A stretch of 64,000 nucleotides of DNA from Veillonellaceae bacterium (lineage in GTDB: Bacteria > Bacillota > Negativicutes > Veillonellales > Veillonellaceae): NCBI GenBank assembly GCA_900765165.1, contig CAAFQR010000110.1, positions 6,776-70,775 on the forward strand, in the 5' to 3' direction. Numbering within the stretch: the first letter of the stretch is position 1; each line of letters starts with the position of its first letter. Below, one piece after another: positions 1 to 8,835 of the stretch. A program made the position numbers and the translations under genes. The notes beneath the pieces were generated by a model. That model was not told the origin of the DNA and did not search any database. It saw only the letters and a program-made list of their open reading frames with translations.

Positions 1-696
1 GTCATTCTCTTAGGTGGCGAGTTTATCCCGGCGGCGCTTATCGAAGCGTCCTTGGCTAAGGGCCTGCCGATTTATAAGACCTATGGCATGACGGAAACCT
101 TTGCCCAAAGCGCGACGGTGAGCCTGGTGGACCATCCGGATAAGCGAGATTCTGTGGGCTACCCTTTGCCGGGCGTGTCCTTTGAAGTGCGTAATGCGGA
201 CAAGGACGGCATCGGCGAGGTGTGGGTGTCCACGCCGACCTTGATGTGGGGCTATTTGGAACAAGAGCCTATTGAAGGGCCGTTTAACACGGACGATGTA
301 GGCTATGTCGATGACGATGGCTATTTGTACATCGTCAATCGCCGCAAAGATATTATCATCTCCGGCGGCGAAAATATCTATCCGAAGGAGCTGGAGGATT
401 GCCTCTATCGCCTTGATGGTGTCCGCGAATGTGCCGTCGTGCCCGTTCAGGATGACTATTGGGGCCAGATTCCGGTGCTCTTCTATGCCGGTGACGTGAC
501 GGAAGATAGCGTGCGCGACCATATGCTGGCTAGCTTGGCCAAGTATAAGGTGCCGAAGCGCATTCATCGCTTGGAAGCACTGCCGCGTAACGGCTCCGGT
601 AAAATCGTGCGCCGTGCCTTGACGGAACCGGCTACTGAGACTGGTGAAATGACTAGCCTCACCGACGGACCGTCGAATAAGGGCGCTGAGGACTAA
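1..696 (+). CDS. menE: O-succinylbenzoate--CoA ligase (AMP-dependent synthetase), C-terminal part; reading frame is open from position 1, so the 5' end lies upstream of the window
   Basis: Frame-1 translation from nt 1 gives VILLGGEFIPAAL... continuous with the 52..696 ORF. C-terminal acyl-CoA synthetase motifs (YKTYGMTETF, GDVGYVDDDGYLYIVNRRKDIIISGGENIYP, K-x-P-K) are present. menC lies directly downstream. Confidence 0.75.
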   Translation, partial: VILLGGEFIPAALIEASLAKGLPIYKTYGMTETFAQSATVSLVDHPDKRDSVGYPLPGVSFEVRNADKDGIGEVWVSTPTLMWGYLEQEPIEGPFNTDDVGYVDDDGYLYIVNRRKDIIISGGENIYPKELEDCLYRLDGVRECAVVPVQDDYWGQIPVLFYAGDVTEDSVRDHMLASLAKYKVPKRIHRLEALPRNGSGKIVRRALTEPATETGEMTSLTDGPSNKGAED

Positions 697-700
697 GGCT

Positions 701-1867
701 ATGAAAATCGTAAAAGCCGAGCTTTGGCACGTTCAGCTACCGATGAAGTTTACGTTTCGCACGTCCCAAGGGGCGGTTGCTCGTCGCGATACGCTAATTC
801 TAGCGATTACCGACGACGAAGGCCGCATCGGCTATGGCGAAGCAGTTCCCTTTGTGGATCCCTTCTACACCGCCGAAACCTTGGACGCTAGCTACCAGTT
901 TTTGCAAGAGCATTACTTACCGCTCTTGCCGGGACGAGAGCTAGCAGAGGCGTTAGCGCTTCATGACGAACGCATCGCGCTGTTAACAAAAAAGCTCGGA
1001 CAGTCCATACAAGCTTTGTACCCTATGGCTTTAGCCGGTGTTGAAAACGCCCTATTAAACCTTTGGTACGAAGTACATAACGAAAACACCGTAGCAGCCA
1101 TGCTCGGTGAACCGCTGGGGACAGTGATTCCCGGTGGTGTCGTTATAGGCGACATGTCCATTCCAGACGTGCTAATGACTACGAAAAAGTATGTACAGGC
1201 AGGCTATAAGCGGGTGAAATTAAAGATTTCCCCAAAGGACGGCTATGACCGATTAGCCGCCGTGCGTCAGGAATTTCCCGATTTAGTTTTAGCCGCCGAT
1301 GCGAATCGAAGCTATCCCCTAGAGGCAGCGCCATTGGTAGCGCGATTACAGGATTTGAAGCTAGCTTCCTTGGAGGAATCCTTTCAGGTACCTTCGGGGA
1401 TGAAAGCAGCTACAGTGTATCAGAATTTACAAGCCCAAGGCTTTGACTGTAAAGCATTGCCCTTGTGCTTTGACGAAAGCGTGCAGTCACTGCGGGAGCT
1501 ACAGGAAATGTATGCTACCGGTGCGATGACGGCGCTTAATATAAAGGTTGGCCGCTTAGGTGGTTTACGCCAAGCGGTGCAATGTATTCAATTTTGTCGC
1601 CAAAACGGTATTGGCTTTTGGATTGGTAGCATGGTGGAAAGCAGTATTTCCAAAATGCTCCACGTGCAGCTCGCAGCCCTTAGCGATGTGTGGATGGCCG
1701 GTGATCTATCTGACTCGTCGCGCTATTTCGCTGAGGACTTAACCGAGCCGGCACTAGTCTTTACCGATGGATATATGGCGGTTCCGCAAGGGCCGGGACT
1801 GGGAACCGTGGTACAGCGTCAGCGTATTGAGCAGCTGGCGGTGCGTCACGTTGATTTCACAGCCTAA
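701..1867 (+). CDS. menC: o-succinylbenzoate synthase (enolase superfamily)
   Basis: 388-aa enolase-superfamily protein (MKIVKAELWHVQLPMKFTFRTSQG...). Begins 5 nt after the menE stop and sits in a men gene context. Confidence 0.75.
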   Translation: MKIVKAELWHVQLPMKFTFRTSQGAVARRDTLILAITDDEGRIGYGEAVPFVDPFYTAETLDASYQFLQEHYLPLLPGRELAEALALHDERIALLTKKLGQSIQALYPMALAGVENALLNLWYEVHNENTVAAMLGEPLGTVIPGGVVIGDMSIPDVLMTTKKYVQAGYKRVKLKISPKDGYDRLAAVRQEFPDLVLAADANRSYPLEAAPLVARLQDLKLASLEESFQVPSGMKAATVYQNLQAQGFDCKALPLCFDESVQSLRELQEMYATGAMTALNIKVGRLGGLRQAVQCIQFCRQNGIGFWIGSMVESSISKMLHVQLAALSDVWMAGDLSDSSRYFAEDLTEPALVFTDGYMAVPQGPGLGTVVQRQRIEQLAVRHVDFTA

Positions 1868-1947
1868 ACGAGCGGGCAGTAGGATGTATCACCGAGCAGG
1901 TTTTACGGTGGTAAAAGCAAGTAGTATTAAGAAGCAGGAGGCAGGTA

Positions 1948-2319
1948 ATGACGTTAATCGATTGCTTGAACATTGAATTCGTCCACGTAACCGATGAAGG
2001 CTTTGAAAGTGCTATGACACTTTCTGAATTTCATGCACAGCCTATGGGCTATTTGAATGGCGGAGCAACCTTAGCCTATGCGGAAGTCGCTGCAGGTATG
2101 GCATCCATGAAGATGGGGGCGGGTGCATACGTAGCAGTGGGCCAAAGCGTAACGGCACAGCATATTCGGCCGATGAAGGCAGAAGGACGATTGTTGGCAT
2201 TTGGTGAGTTATTACATGCCGGTAAAAGAAATCATGTTTGGTCTATTCGCATGAAAAATGAAGCGGGGCAGTTGATTTCACAGGTAACGGTAGTAAATGC
2301 ACTACTTCACGAAAAGTAA
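1948..2319 (+). CDS. PaaI/YbgC-type hotdog-fold thioesterase; candidate 1,4-dihydroxy-2-naphthoyl-CoA thioesterase
   Basis: 123-aa protein with the hotdog thioesterase signature (GYLNGGATLAYAEVAAGMA...HAGKRNHVWSIRMKNEAGQLIS). Has an RBS (AGGAGG) and lies downstream of menE-menC. Confidence 0.65.
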   Translation: MTLIDCLNIEFVHVTDEGFESAMTLSEFHAQPMGYLNGGATLAYAEVAAGMASMKMGAGAYVAVGQSVTAQHIRPMKAEGRLLAFGELLHAGKRNHVWSIRMKNEAGQLISQVTVVNALLHEK

Positions 2320-2424
2320 AGTAGTACGCATGGTGTTTTGAAACACACTGTGTTGGGGCTTGATTAGCGTTGAGCGAAAGGTTTGAGAAAAGGAGGAATC
2401 AGTAAGTAATTCAGGAGGCGCAAA

Positions 2425-4362
2425 ATGTCTGAGGAAACAAAAGCAGTAAAAATGCAAGACACAGCGATGGATCCACACCGAGAGTATGTGGAAATTAACA
2501 GTTACGTTATCTTTTGGGGTTTATTCTTTGCAGCGTTATTCGCGTTAGCAGTAGGGTACTTGTGCTTGAAAATCGGGCAAACTGTCGATGCCTTTGCACC
2601 GGTATCCGTTTTAGCCATGGGTATGGCTATCATGTTCAAGCGTGCCAATGCGTTCCCGGAAACGGTACACATTCAGGCAATCGCTAGCTCCGGTACGAAC
2701 GTGCTCGCAGGGGCTATGTTCTTCTTGCCGGCGTTGTATATTTTAAATATGCCGAACATCTCGATTTTGCAGATGATTGTGCCGGTCGTATTGGGCGGCG
2801 TGTTAGGCGTATTCTTGTCCGTTATGTTCCGCCGTTATTTCTGTGAAGAAATGGATGGCGTGTATCCGTTCCCGTCCGGTCGTGCTGCAGCAGAAGTATT
2901 GAGCAGTGCCGGCGGTAACAAAGCGAAGCTCATGGTTATTTCCGGTACCGTTGGTGCCGCTTTCGACTTCGTGTTGAATACCTTGGGCTGGTGGAGTGAA
3001 AGCTTGAACGCGCACTCCTTCGCATGGGGCCGTTTGTTGGAAGAAAAATTCAAGATCACCTTTGGTCTTGACAGTGATGCGGCATTGCTCGGTATCGGTT
3101 ACTTCACCGGTCTTCGCTATGCAGCCATCATCTGCGGCGGTTCGTTCTTTGCTTGGTTCGTGTGCATGCCGACCATTTACTTCTTAGGTGGCGACCATGA
3201 AATGATCGTTAAAGGACAGACGGTGTTGTTGGCGAATGCACCGATGAGTGCTGTATTTACGCAGTATGTGCGTCATATCGGTATTGGTATGCTCGCTATG
3301 GCCGGTATTATCGGCTTGCTCACTATGTCCGGCGTTGTTAAAAACGTTGTAGTTAATGCCATTCGTGACATTTTCTCTAGCAACAAAACAACGGCTAGCG
3401 TAACGTTGCTCCGTACGCAGCGCGACATTCCGATGTCCGTATTGGCTGTTGGTATTTTGGTAACCGTTTTACTTTTCGGTGCGTACTTCCATTATTTCTT
3501 CGCATCGACGTGGACGCAGACCATCATTGCTTTCATCATGGTAATGGTGTTTGCATTCCTTTTATCCGTAGTTGGTATTAGCTCCATTGCCTTCACCGGT
3601 AATGAACCGGTTTCGGGCATGACAATCTTCATGCTTATCGTGTCTGCCGTTGTTTTATCTTCGGTAGGCATGGGCGGCGACATTGGGGTTATGGCAATCT
3701 TGATGATGGCATCCTTCATTGGTACCACCATCGGCGTAGCCGGTAACTTCATGTCTGAATTGAAGGTAGCTCACGTATTGGGCGCTACGCCGAAAAAAAT
3801 GCAGCAGTGGCAGATTGTTGGCTGTATCGTATCCGGCGTTGTATCCATTGGCGTATTGCTCTTGTTAAATCAAGCATACGGCTTCACCGGTCCTGATGCG
3901 TTACAGGCACCGCAGGCTAATGCGATGGCTGCTATTGCTCAGCCGTTGATGGCTGGTGGCAGTGCGCCGTGGCCGCTTTACATGGCTGGCGCGTTCTTCG
4001 CTATCGTATTGTGGATGATTGGCGTTCCGCCGTTGGCTTTCGCCTTAGGTACGTACTTGCCGATGGACATCAACTTACCGGTATTGGTAGGTGGCTTCTT
4101 GTCCTGGCTCGTATCCAGCCGCAGCAAGGATGAAAAATTAAATGCGTTGCGCTTAAGCGAAGGTAGTACCGTTGCTTCCGGTTTCGTAGCCGGTGGCGCT
4201 ATTGGTAGCTTGTTCAGCGCTGTGCTTCACATTGCCGGTGTTGACGTATTTGCCGAAGCTTGGAACAAAACGCAGGGTAGCTTGTTGTTAGGCGTATTAA
4301 CCTACTTAGGCTTGTGCGCGATGATCTATTTTATTGCTATGAAGATTAAAACTTCTAAGTAA
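2425..4362 (+). CDS. OPT-family oligopeptide transporter (paralog 1)
   Basis: 645-aa polytopic membrane protein, very similar to the next gene (about 80% identity by eye). OPT family signature regions present; RBS GGAGG. Confidence 0.8.
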   Translation: MSEETKAVKMQDTAMDPHREYVEINSYVIFWGLFFAALFALAVGYLCLKIGQTVDAFAPVSVLAMGMAIMFKRANAFPETVHIQAIASSGTNVLAGAMFFLPALYILNMPNISILQMIVPVVLGGVLGVFLSVMFRRYFCEEMDGVYPFPSGRAAAEVLSSAGGNKAKLMVISGTVGAAFDFVLNTLGWWSESLNAHSFAWGRLLEEKFKITFGLDSDAALLGIGYFTGLRYAAIICGGSFFAWFVCMPTIYFLGGDHEMIVKGQTVLLANAPMSAVFTQYVRHIGIGMLAMAGIIGLLTMSGVVKNVVVNAIRDIFSSNKTTASVTLLRTQRDIPMSVLAVGILVTVLLFGAYFHYFFASTWTQTIIAFIMVMVFAFLLSVVGISSIAFTGNEPVSGMTIFMLIVSAVVLSSVGMGGDIGVMAILMMASFIGTTIGVAGNFMSELKVAHVLGATPKKMQQWQIVGCIVSGVVSIGVLLLLNQAYGFTGPDALQAPQANAMAAIAQPLMAGGSAPWPLYMAGAFFAIVLWMIGVPPLAFALGTYLPMDINLPVLVGGFLSWLVSSRSKDEKLNALRLSEGSTVASGFVAGGAIGSLFSAVLHIAGVDVFAEAWNKTQGSLLLGVLTYLGLCAMIYFIAMKIKTSK

Positions 4363-4643
4363 GATACTAATTCGAGACAATAATAGCTTTCCGCTGGCTA
4401 TTATGCGCTTTAGGGGGATTTGTAGGCGTAAGCCTATCGTAGGCTTAGATTTATGATAGGCTTTGCCTATGCTTTTGATGAAATAAAATGAAGAGGGCAC
4501 AATTGATTTCACAGACAAATCGGTTGCAGGTGTCTTACTCCGGGGCTTAAGCGAGTAAGGCAGTAGGATGGTTGAGGCTTGATGAGAGAAAAATTTGGGA
4601 ACGAAAGATTATTAGAAACGATTAGTAATCAGGAGGCTCAAAC

Positions 4644-6581
4644 ATGTCTGAAGAATCAAAAGCAGTCAACAACCATGGCAATGTCATGGATCCACACCGT
4701 GAGTATGTGGAAATTAACAGTTATGTTATCTTTTGGGGCTTGTTTTTTGCGTCGCTTTTCTCGCTAGCCATTGGCTATCTCGGTTTGAAAATTGGGCAAA
4801 CCGTCGATGCCTTTGCACCGGTATCGGTGCTGGCTATGGGGATGGCCATCCTCTTTAAGCGCGCTAATGCATTTCCGGAAACGGTGCATATCCAGGCTAT
4901 CGCCGCTTCCAGTACCAACGTATTGCCTGGTGTTATCTTCTTCTTACCGGCGCTGTATATTTTAAATATGCCGGAAATGTCATTTTTACAGATGTTGATA
5001 CCTATCGTCGTCGGTGGTATTTTAGGCGTATCCTTGTCGGTTATGTTCCGTCGGTATTTCGTAGACGAAATGGATGCAGTATATCCATTCCCGGCGGGTC
5101 GTGCCGGCGCGGAAGTATTGAGTAGCTCTAGCGGTAGCAAGGCGAAGCTGATGGTTATCTCCGGTACCATTGGGGCGGCCTTCGACTTTGTGCTGAACAC
5201 CTTGGGGTGGTGGAGCGAACATCTCAATAGTAATGCCTTTGCTTTAGGGCGCATGGTAGAAGAGAAGTTCAAGCTTACATTCCGCTTAGATAGCGACGTA
5301 GCGTTGTTGGGGATTGGTTATTTCACCGGCCTTCGCTACGCAGCCATTATCTGCGGCGGTTCGTTCTTTGCTTGGTATGTGTGCATGCCAACGATTTATT
5401 ACCTCGCCGGTAGCCACATGATGGTTGTGGACGGCCAGACCATTGCTTTAGCCGATGCTCCGCTAAGCGCTGTATTCTCGCAATATGTGCGCCACATCGG
5501 TATTGGCATGTTGGCCATGGCAGGTATTATCGGTATGCTTACTATGTCCGGCGTTGTGAAAAAAATCATGACCAACGCCATTCGCGATATTTTCTCGAAG
5601 AATAAGAAAACCGCAACGGTTACGTTGCTTCGTACGCAGCGCGACATTCCGGTGTCCGTATTGGCTATTACTATTATCGTAGCGATTATACTCTTTACGA
5701 TTTACTTCCATGTGTTCTATTCAGCTACGTGGGTACATACCTTACTTGCCTTTGTGTTGGTATTGGTATTCTCGTTCTTGTTATCCATTGTAGGTATTAG
5801 TTCCTTGGCCTATACGGGCAATGAACCGGTTTCGGGCATGACCATTTTCATGCTTATCGTATCGTCTGTTGTATTGTCGTCAGCCGGTATGGGCGGCGAT
5901 CTTGGTATTATGGCGGTGCTCTTGATGGCAGCCTTTATTGGGACTACCGTAAGCTGTGCCGGTAACTTTATGTCGGAACAGAAGGTGTGCTACCTGTTGG
6001 GCGCTACACCGAAGAAAATGCAACAATGGCAGCTTTTGGGCGTTATCGTATCGGCCATCGTGTCCATTGGCGTTATGATTCTGTTAAATAAGGCATATGG
6101 CTTCACCGGCCCTACAGCTTTACAGGCACCGCAGGCTAACGCCATGGCCGCTATCGCACAGCCGTTAATGGCCGGTGGTAGTGCACCGTGGCCGCTCTAC
6201 ATGGCAGGCGCTTTCTTTGCCGTTGTATTGTGGATGATTGGCGTACCGCCGTTGGCCTTTGCCTTGGGCACTTATTTGCCAATCGACATTAACATGCCGG
6301 TATTAGTAGGTGGCTTCCTATCCTGGCTCGTATCCAGTCGCAGCAAAGACGAAAAACTTAACCAGCTTCGCTTAAGCGAAGGTAGCACTGTTGCCTCCGG
6401 TTTCGTTGCCGGCGGCGCTATCGGCAGCTTAGCCAGTGCTGTACTGCACATCGGTGGCGTTGATTGGTTCGCTGATGCGTGGAACAAAACCCAAGGCAGC
6501 TTGCTGTTGGGCGTTGTTATGTATCTGGTAATGTGCGCTGTTATATATGTAGCGGCGATGAAGATTAAGAGCGCTAAATAG
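4644..6581 (+). CDS. OPT-family oligopeptide transporter (paralog 2, tandem duplicate)
   Basis: 645 aa, collinear with the 2425..4362 product along its whole length. RBS AGGAGG. Confidence 0.8.
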   Translation: MSEESKAVNNHGNVMDPHREYVEINSYVIFWGLFFASLFSLAIGYLGLKIGQTVDAFAPVSVLAMGMAILFKRANAFPETVHIQAIAASSTNVLPGVIFFLPALYILNMPEMSFLQMLIPIVVGGILGVSLSVMFRRYFVDEMDAVYPFPAGRAGAEVLSSSSGSKAKLMVISGTIGAAFDFVLNTLGWWSEHLNSNAFALGRMVEEKFKLTFRLDSDVALLGIGYFTGLRYAAIICGGSFFAWYVCMPTIYYLAGSHMMVVDGQTIALADAPLSAVFSQYVRHIGIGMLAMAGIIGMLTMSGVVKKIMTNAIRDIFSKNKKTATVTLLRTQRDIPVSVLAITIIVAIILFTIYFHVFYSATWVHTLLAFVLVLVFSFLLSIVGISSLAYTGNEPVSGMTIFMLIVSSVVLSSAGMGGDLGIMAVLLMAAFIGTTVSCAGNFMSEQKVCYLLGATPKKMQQWQLLGVIVSAIVSIGVMILLNKAYGFTGPTALQAPQANAMAAIAQPLMAGGSAPWPLYMAGAFFAVVLWMIGVPPLAFALGTYLPIDINMPVLVGGFLSWLVSSRSKDEKLNQLRLSEGSTVASGFVAGGAIGSLASAVLHIGGVDWFADAWNKTQGSLLLGVVMYLVMCAVIYVAAMKIKSAK

Positions 6582-6588
6582 TGCTGGC

Positions 6589-6912
6589 TTTTCCGAGGCG
6601 TATAGTGCCTTGGTGTAAGAGCTGAAAAACGGCACCCCATTGGACTTTCTATAAAGTCGTGGGGTGCCATCTTTTTGCGTGCTTTTAGAAAACATGAGTA
6701 AAGGGTTCTGTTAACGCAGGTCAAAGCCTTCTGTTTCACAAATGGCTGTTGCCCTCGCGTTAACAGAACCCTTTTTGACTCTTGTGTAAGCCAAAGCCAA
6801 CGCAAAAAAGATGGCACCTTCCTTAATAGAAATCGGCTAGGGTGCCGTTCTTTCAGCTGCGTTACACAAGATCGACAGCGCTGTTCGGAAAAGCCAGGCA
6901 CTATTTTAGCGG
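6589..6912. repeat. Nested-palindrome element, copy A: three concentric inverted repeats around a ~40-nt apical loop
   Basis: Core stem 6703-6717 (GGGTTCTGTTAACGC) pairs with 6757-6771 (GCGTTAACAGAACCC). The next layer pairs 6663-6680 (GGTGCCATCTTTTTGCGT) with ~6806-6826 (ACGCAAAAAAGATGGCACC). The outer layer pairs 6589-6650 with 6840-6912. Confidence 0.7.
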
Positions 6913-6974
6913 TTGGGGGGGGGCGGAATTTAGAGCAGCGGCGCTATCGGTGGACTTGTTTTTTGCACCAATAC

Positions 6975-7215
6975 TTCGAGCAATTTATGCTTATGTAAGT
7001 AAAGACCTCTGTTAACGTAGGTCAAAGTCTACGGCTACGCCAATGACTATTGCCCTCGCGTTAACAGAGGTCTTTTTACTTTTCGTGCATCATAAAGCCT
7101 CACTCGAAGATGTTGGTACCGTAGCAAAGCCGTTAGCTGTAGGGACCGCTTTTATTGAAGCTGCGTTACACAAGATCGACAGCGCCGTTCGGAAAAGCCA
7201 GGCACTATTTTAGCG
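6975..7215. repeat. Nested-palindrome element, copy B (same orientation as A)
   Basis: Core stem 7013-7027 (AGACCTCTGTTAACG) pairs with 7069-7083 (CGTTAACAGAGGTCT). The loop AGGTCAAAGTCTACGGCTACGCCAATGACTATTGCCCT is conserved with copies C and D. The right flank 7158-7215 is a direct repeat of 6857-6912. Confidence 0.7.
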
Positions 7216-7374
7216 GCTTAGGGGGAGAAGAGCGGAATTTAGAGTATCGACGTTCTCCCCAACCCCATTGTCCCTTGCGAGAAAGTATCTAAGCAGTAAA
7301 TCGGACGAGCCTCCGAGCAAAGTAAGTCTGGCTTACGTGCTAAGCCGTAAAGGATGTGTAAATGGCTTGGGAAG

Positions 7375-7650
7375 GCAAGAACGATCTTGTGTAACGTAGG
7401 CGCAAAAGGACTGTCCGTAAATATAAAGGGGCAGCACTGGTATTTGTCACTTCGAGGAGACGATAAAGGAGCGGTAACGTTAAAAAGGGTTCTGCATGCG
7501 CAAGGTCAACAGTCATTGGCGAAGCCGTAGACTTTGACCTGCGCATGCAGAACCCTTTATTAGTGACGTAGAGAATACTCGAAGTGACAATACCAAAGGT
7601 GTATTTTATTTTATATTCGGACAGCCCTTTTTCGCCTCTTACCGAGTCGT
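7375..7650. repeat. Nested-palindrome element, copy C (inverted orientation)
   Basis: Core stem 7487-7501 (GGGTTCTGCATGCGC) pairs with 7541-7555. Outer inverted repeats are GTCACTTCGAG/CTCGAAGTGAC and GCGCAAAAGGACTGTCCG/CGGACAGCCCTTTTTCGC. The loop is the reverse complement of the A/B loop. Confidence 0.7.
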
Positions 7651-7694
7651 GCTAGGCTAACCCCAGCCATGAAACACCGGAACGGACTGAGCCG

Positions 7695-8252
7695 TTAAGC
7701 CAGCCGCTTTGCCCCGAGGCTCAACGCATTTACGATAGATACTTCCGCAAGCGACAACACTATTATCATTAAGAAATCCGCCGGAATGTCAAATGCAAAG
7801 GCCACTTGGAAGATGTGTAACAGCGGCACTGTTTCATTCAAGTACAGCGCCAAGATGGCGACTTTATAGCTTAAGCCAAACACATAGGTGATGACAATAC
7901 CTAAGCAGTTAAGCCAGAAATAACCCTTTCTGGTATGAACGTCGTATTTTGATTTCACATAGGCTAACACACCGGCTGTAGCGATAAAACCAACGAGATA
8001 ACCAAAGGTCGGGCGCACAACATAGCCGAAGCCGCCGCCACCGGCGAACACAGGAATGCCGATGAGACCCATGAGCACATACGTCGCTACTGCACCGGCT
8101 GCGTAACGAACCGGCAACAAAACGCCACACAGCAATACGAACGTGAACTGTAACGTGTAATAATCGAAGTAGGGCAGTGGAATCTGAATGCGAGCCCCAA
8201 CAGCAATCAACGCAATGAGTAATGCAGCACGAAACAACAATCTAGTTTTCAT
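7695..8252 (-). CDS. bioY: Biotin transporter BioY (ECF-transporter S component)
   Basis: 185-aa protein with 5-6 TM segments. Family signature present (GARIQIPLP...TLQ...GGGFGY...PTFGYL). Confidence 0.8.
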   Translation of the reverse strand: MKTRLLFRAALLIALIAVGARIQIPLPYFDYYTLQFTFVLLCGVLLPVRYAAGAVATYVLMGLIGIPVFAGGGGFGYVVRPTFGYLVGFIATAGVLAYVKSKYDVHTRKGYFWLNCLGIVITYVFGLSYKVAILALYLNETVPLLHIFQVAFAFDIPADFLMIIVLSLAEVSIVNALSLGAKRLA

Positions 8253-8304
8253 AATAAAACCCTCCTCTTAAATACCTGCCTTCAGTATAGAAAAGGAAAA
8301 ACTG

Positions 8305-8338
8305 TTTGTCAACCAACTAAAATAGTATGGTTTACATA
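8305..8338. promoter_or_regulatory. Candidate BirA operator upstream of bioY
   Basis: TGTCAACC-N14-GGTTTACA at 8307-8336 matches the bipartite BirA box (TGTAAACC-N14/15-GGTTTACA) with one mismatch. It lies 55 nt upstream of the bioY start on the promoter side. Confidence 0.5.
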
Positions 8339-8520
8339 TAAAACGGGCACATGGAGGAGGACCCAAATGTCGGCGCGTCCTATTACATGTAGTCACACCA
8401 TTGCGAAACGCACTAAATTCCCCATTCTTCCCACCTAAGGATTCTTACGCAGAAAAGCGACTATGGCCGAGTATCAAAGTAAGACTTGCTAGAATGGCCC
8501 GGTATAATTTTCGGGACAGC

Positions 8521-8800
8521 AAAAACGATCTTGTGTAACGTAGCCGATAAAAAGGTGGTCCTCAGCGGGAACGTTGGGGCGGAGGTAGCGTTCACTTAGC
8601 GGAGGCGCTGAGAAAGTAACAATGTAAAAAAGGAGTCTGTCGACGCAAGGGCAACAGTCATTGGCGTAGCCGTAGACTTTGACCTGCGTTGACAGACTCC
8701 TTTACTTGTAATTTCCAGAACACGCTAAGTGACGCTACCAAACGTCTTTTAACGATAGCGATAGGACCACCTTTTTACGGCTCTTCACAAGAAGCCGTTG
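8521..8800. repeat. Nested-palindrome element, copy D (inverted orientation)
   Basis: Core stem 8632-8646 pairs with 8686-8700 (GGAGTCTGTCGACGC / GCGTTGACAGACTCC, one G-U/A-C position). Outer inverted repeats are GTTCACTTAGCG/CGCTAAGTGAC and AAAAAGGTGGTCC/GGACCACCTTTTT. The 5' flank ACGATCTTGTGTAACGTAG is shared with copy C. Confidence 0.7.
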
Positions 8801-8835
8801 AGAGCCCGAAAATTAACCGAGCCTAACTAAAAGGA

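Noticed and set aside
10-567. 185-aa minus-strand ORF in the first 600 bp
   Set aside because: Entirely antisense to the well-supported menE reading frame. No RBS. Composition typical of an antisense artefact.
6272-6901. 209-aa minus-strand ORF spanning the OPT2 3' end and nested-palindrome copy A
   Set aside because: Antisense to OPT2 for half its length. The remainder runs through the inverted repeats, where both strands read open by construction.
8366-8437. 23-codon ORF (MSARPITCSHTIAKRTKFPILPT) preceded by a strong GGAGGAGG Shine-Dalgarno sequence
   Set aside because: Too short to support without conservation or expression data. It lies between the bioY promoter and repeat copy D and may be fortuitous. 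Left as a note only.
6589-8800. Possibility that the palindromic elements are integron attC sites or a CRISPR-like array
   Set aside because: No RYYYAAC/GTTRRRY core sites, no cassette ORFs, copies in both orientations, and no integrase. The repeats are not short, regularly spaced direct repeats with unique spacers, so neither integron nor CRISPR fits.
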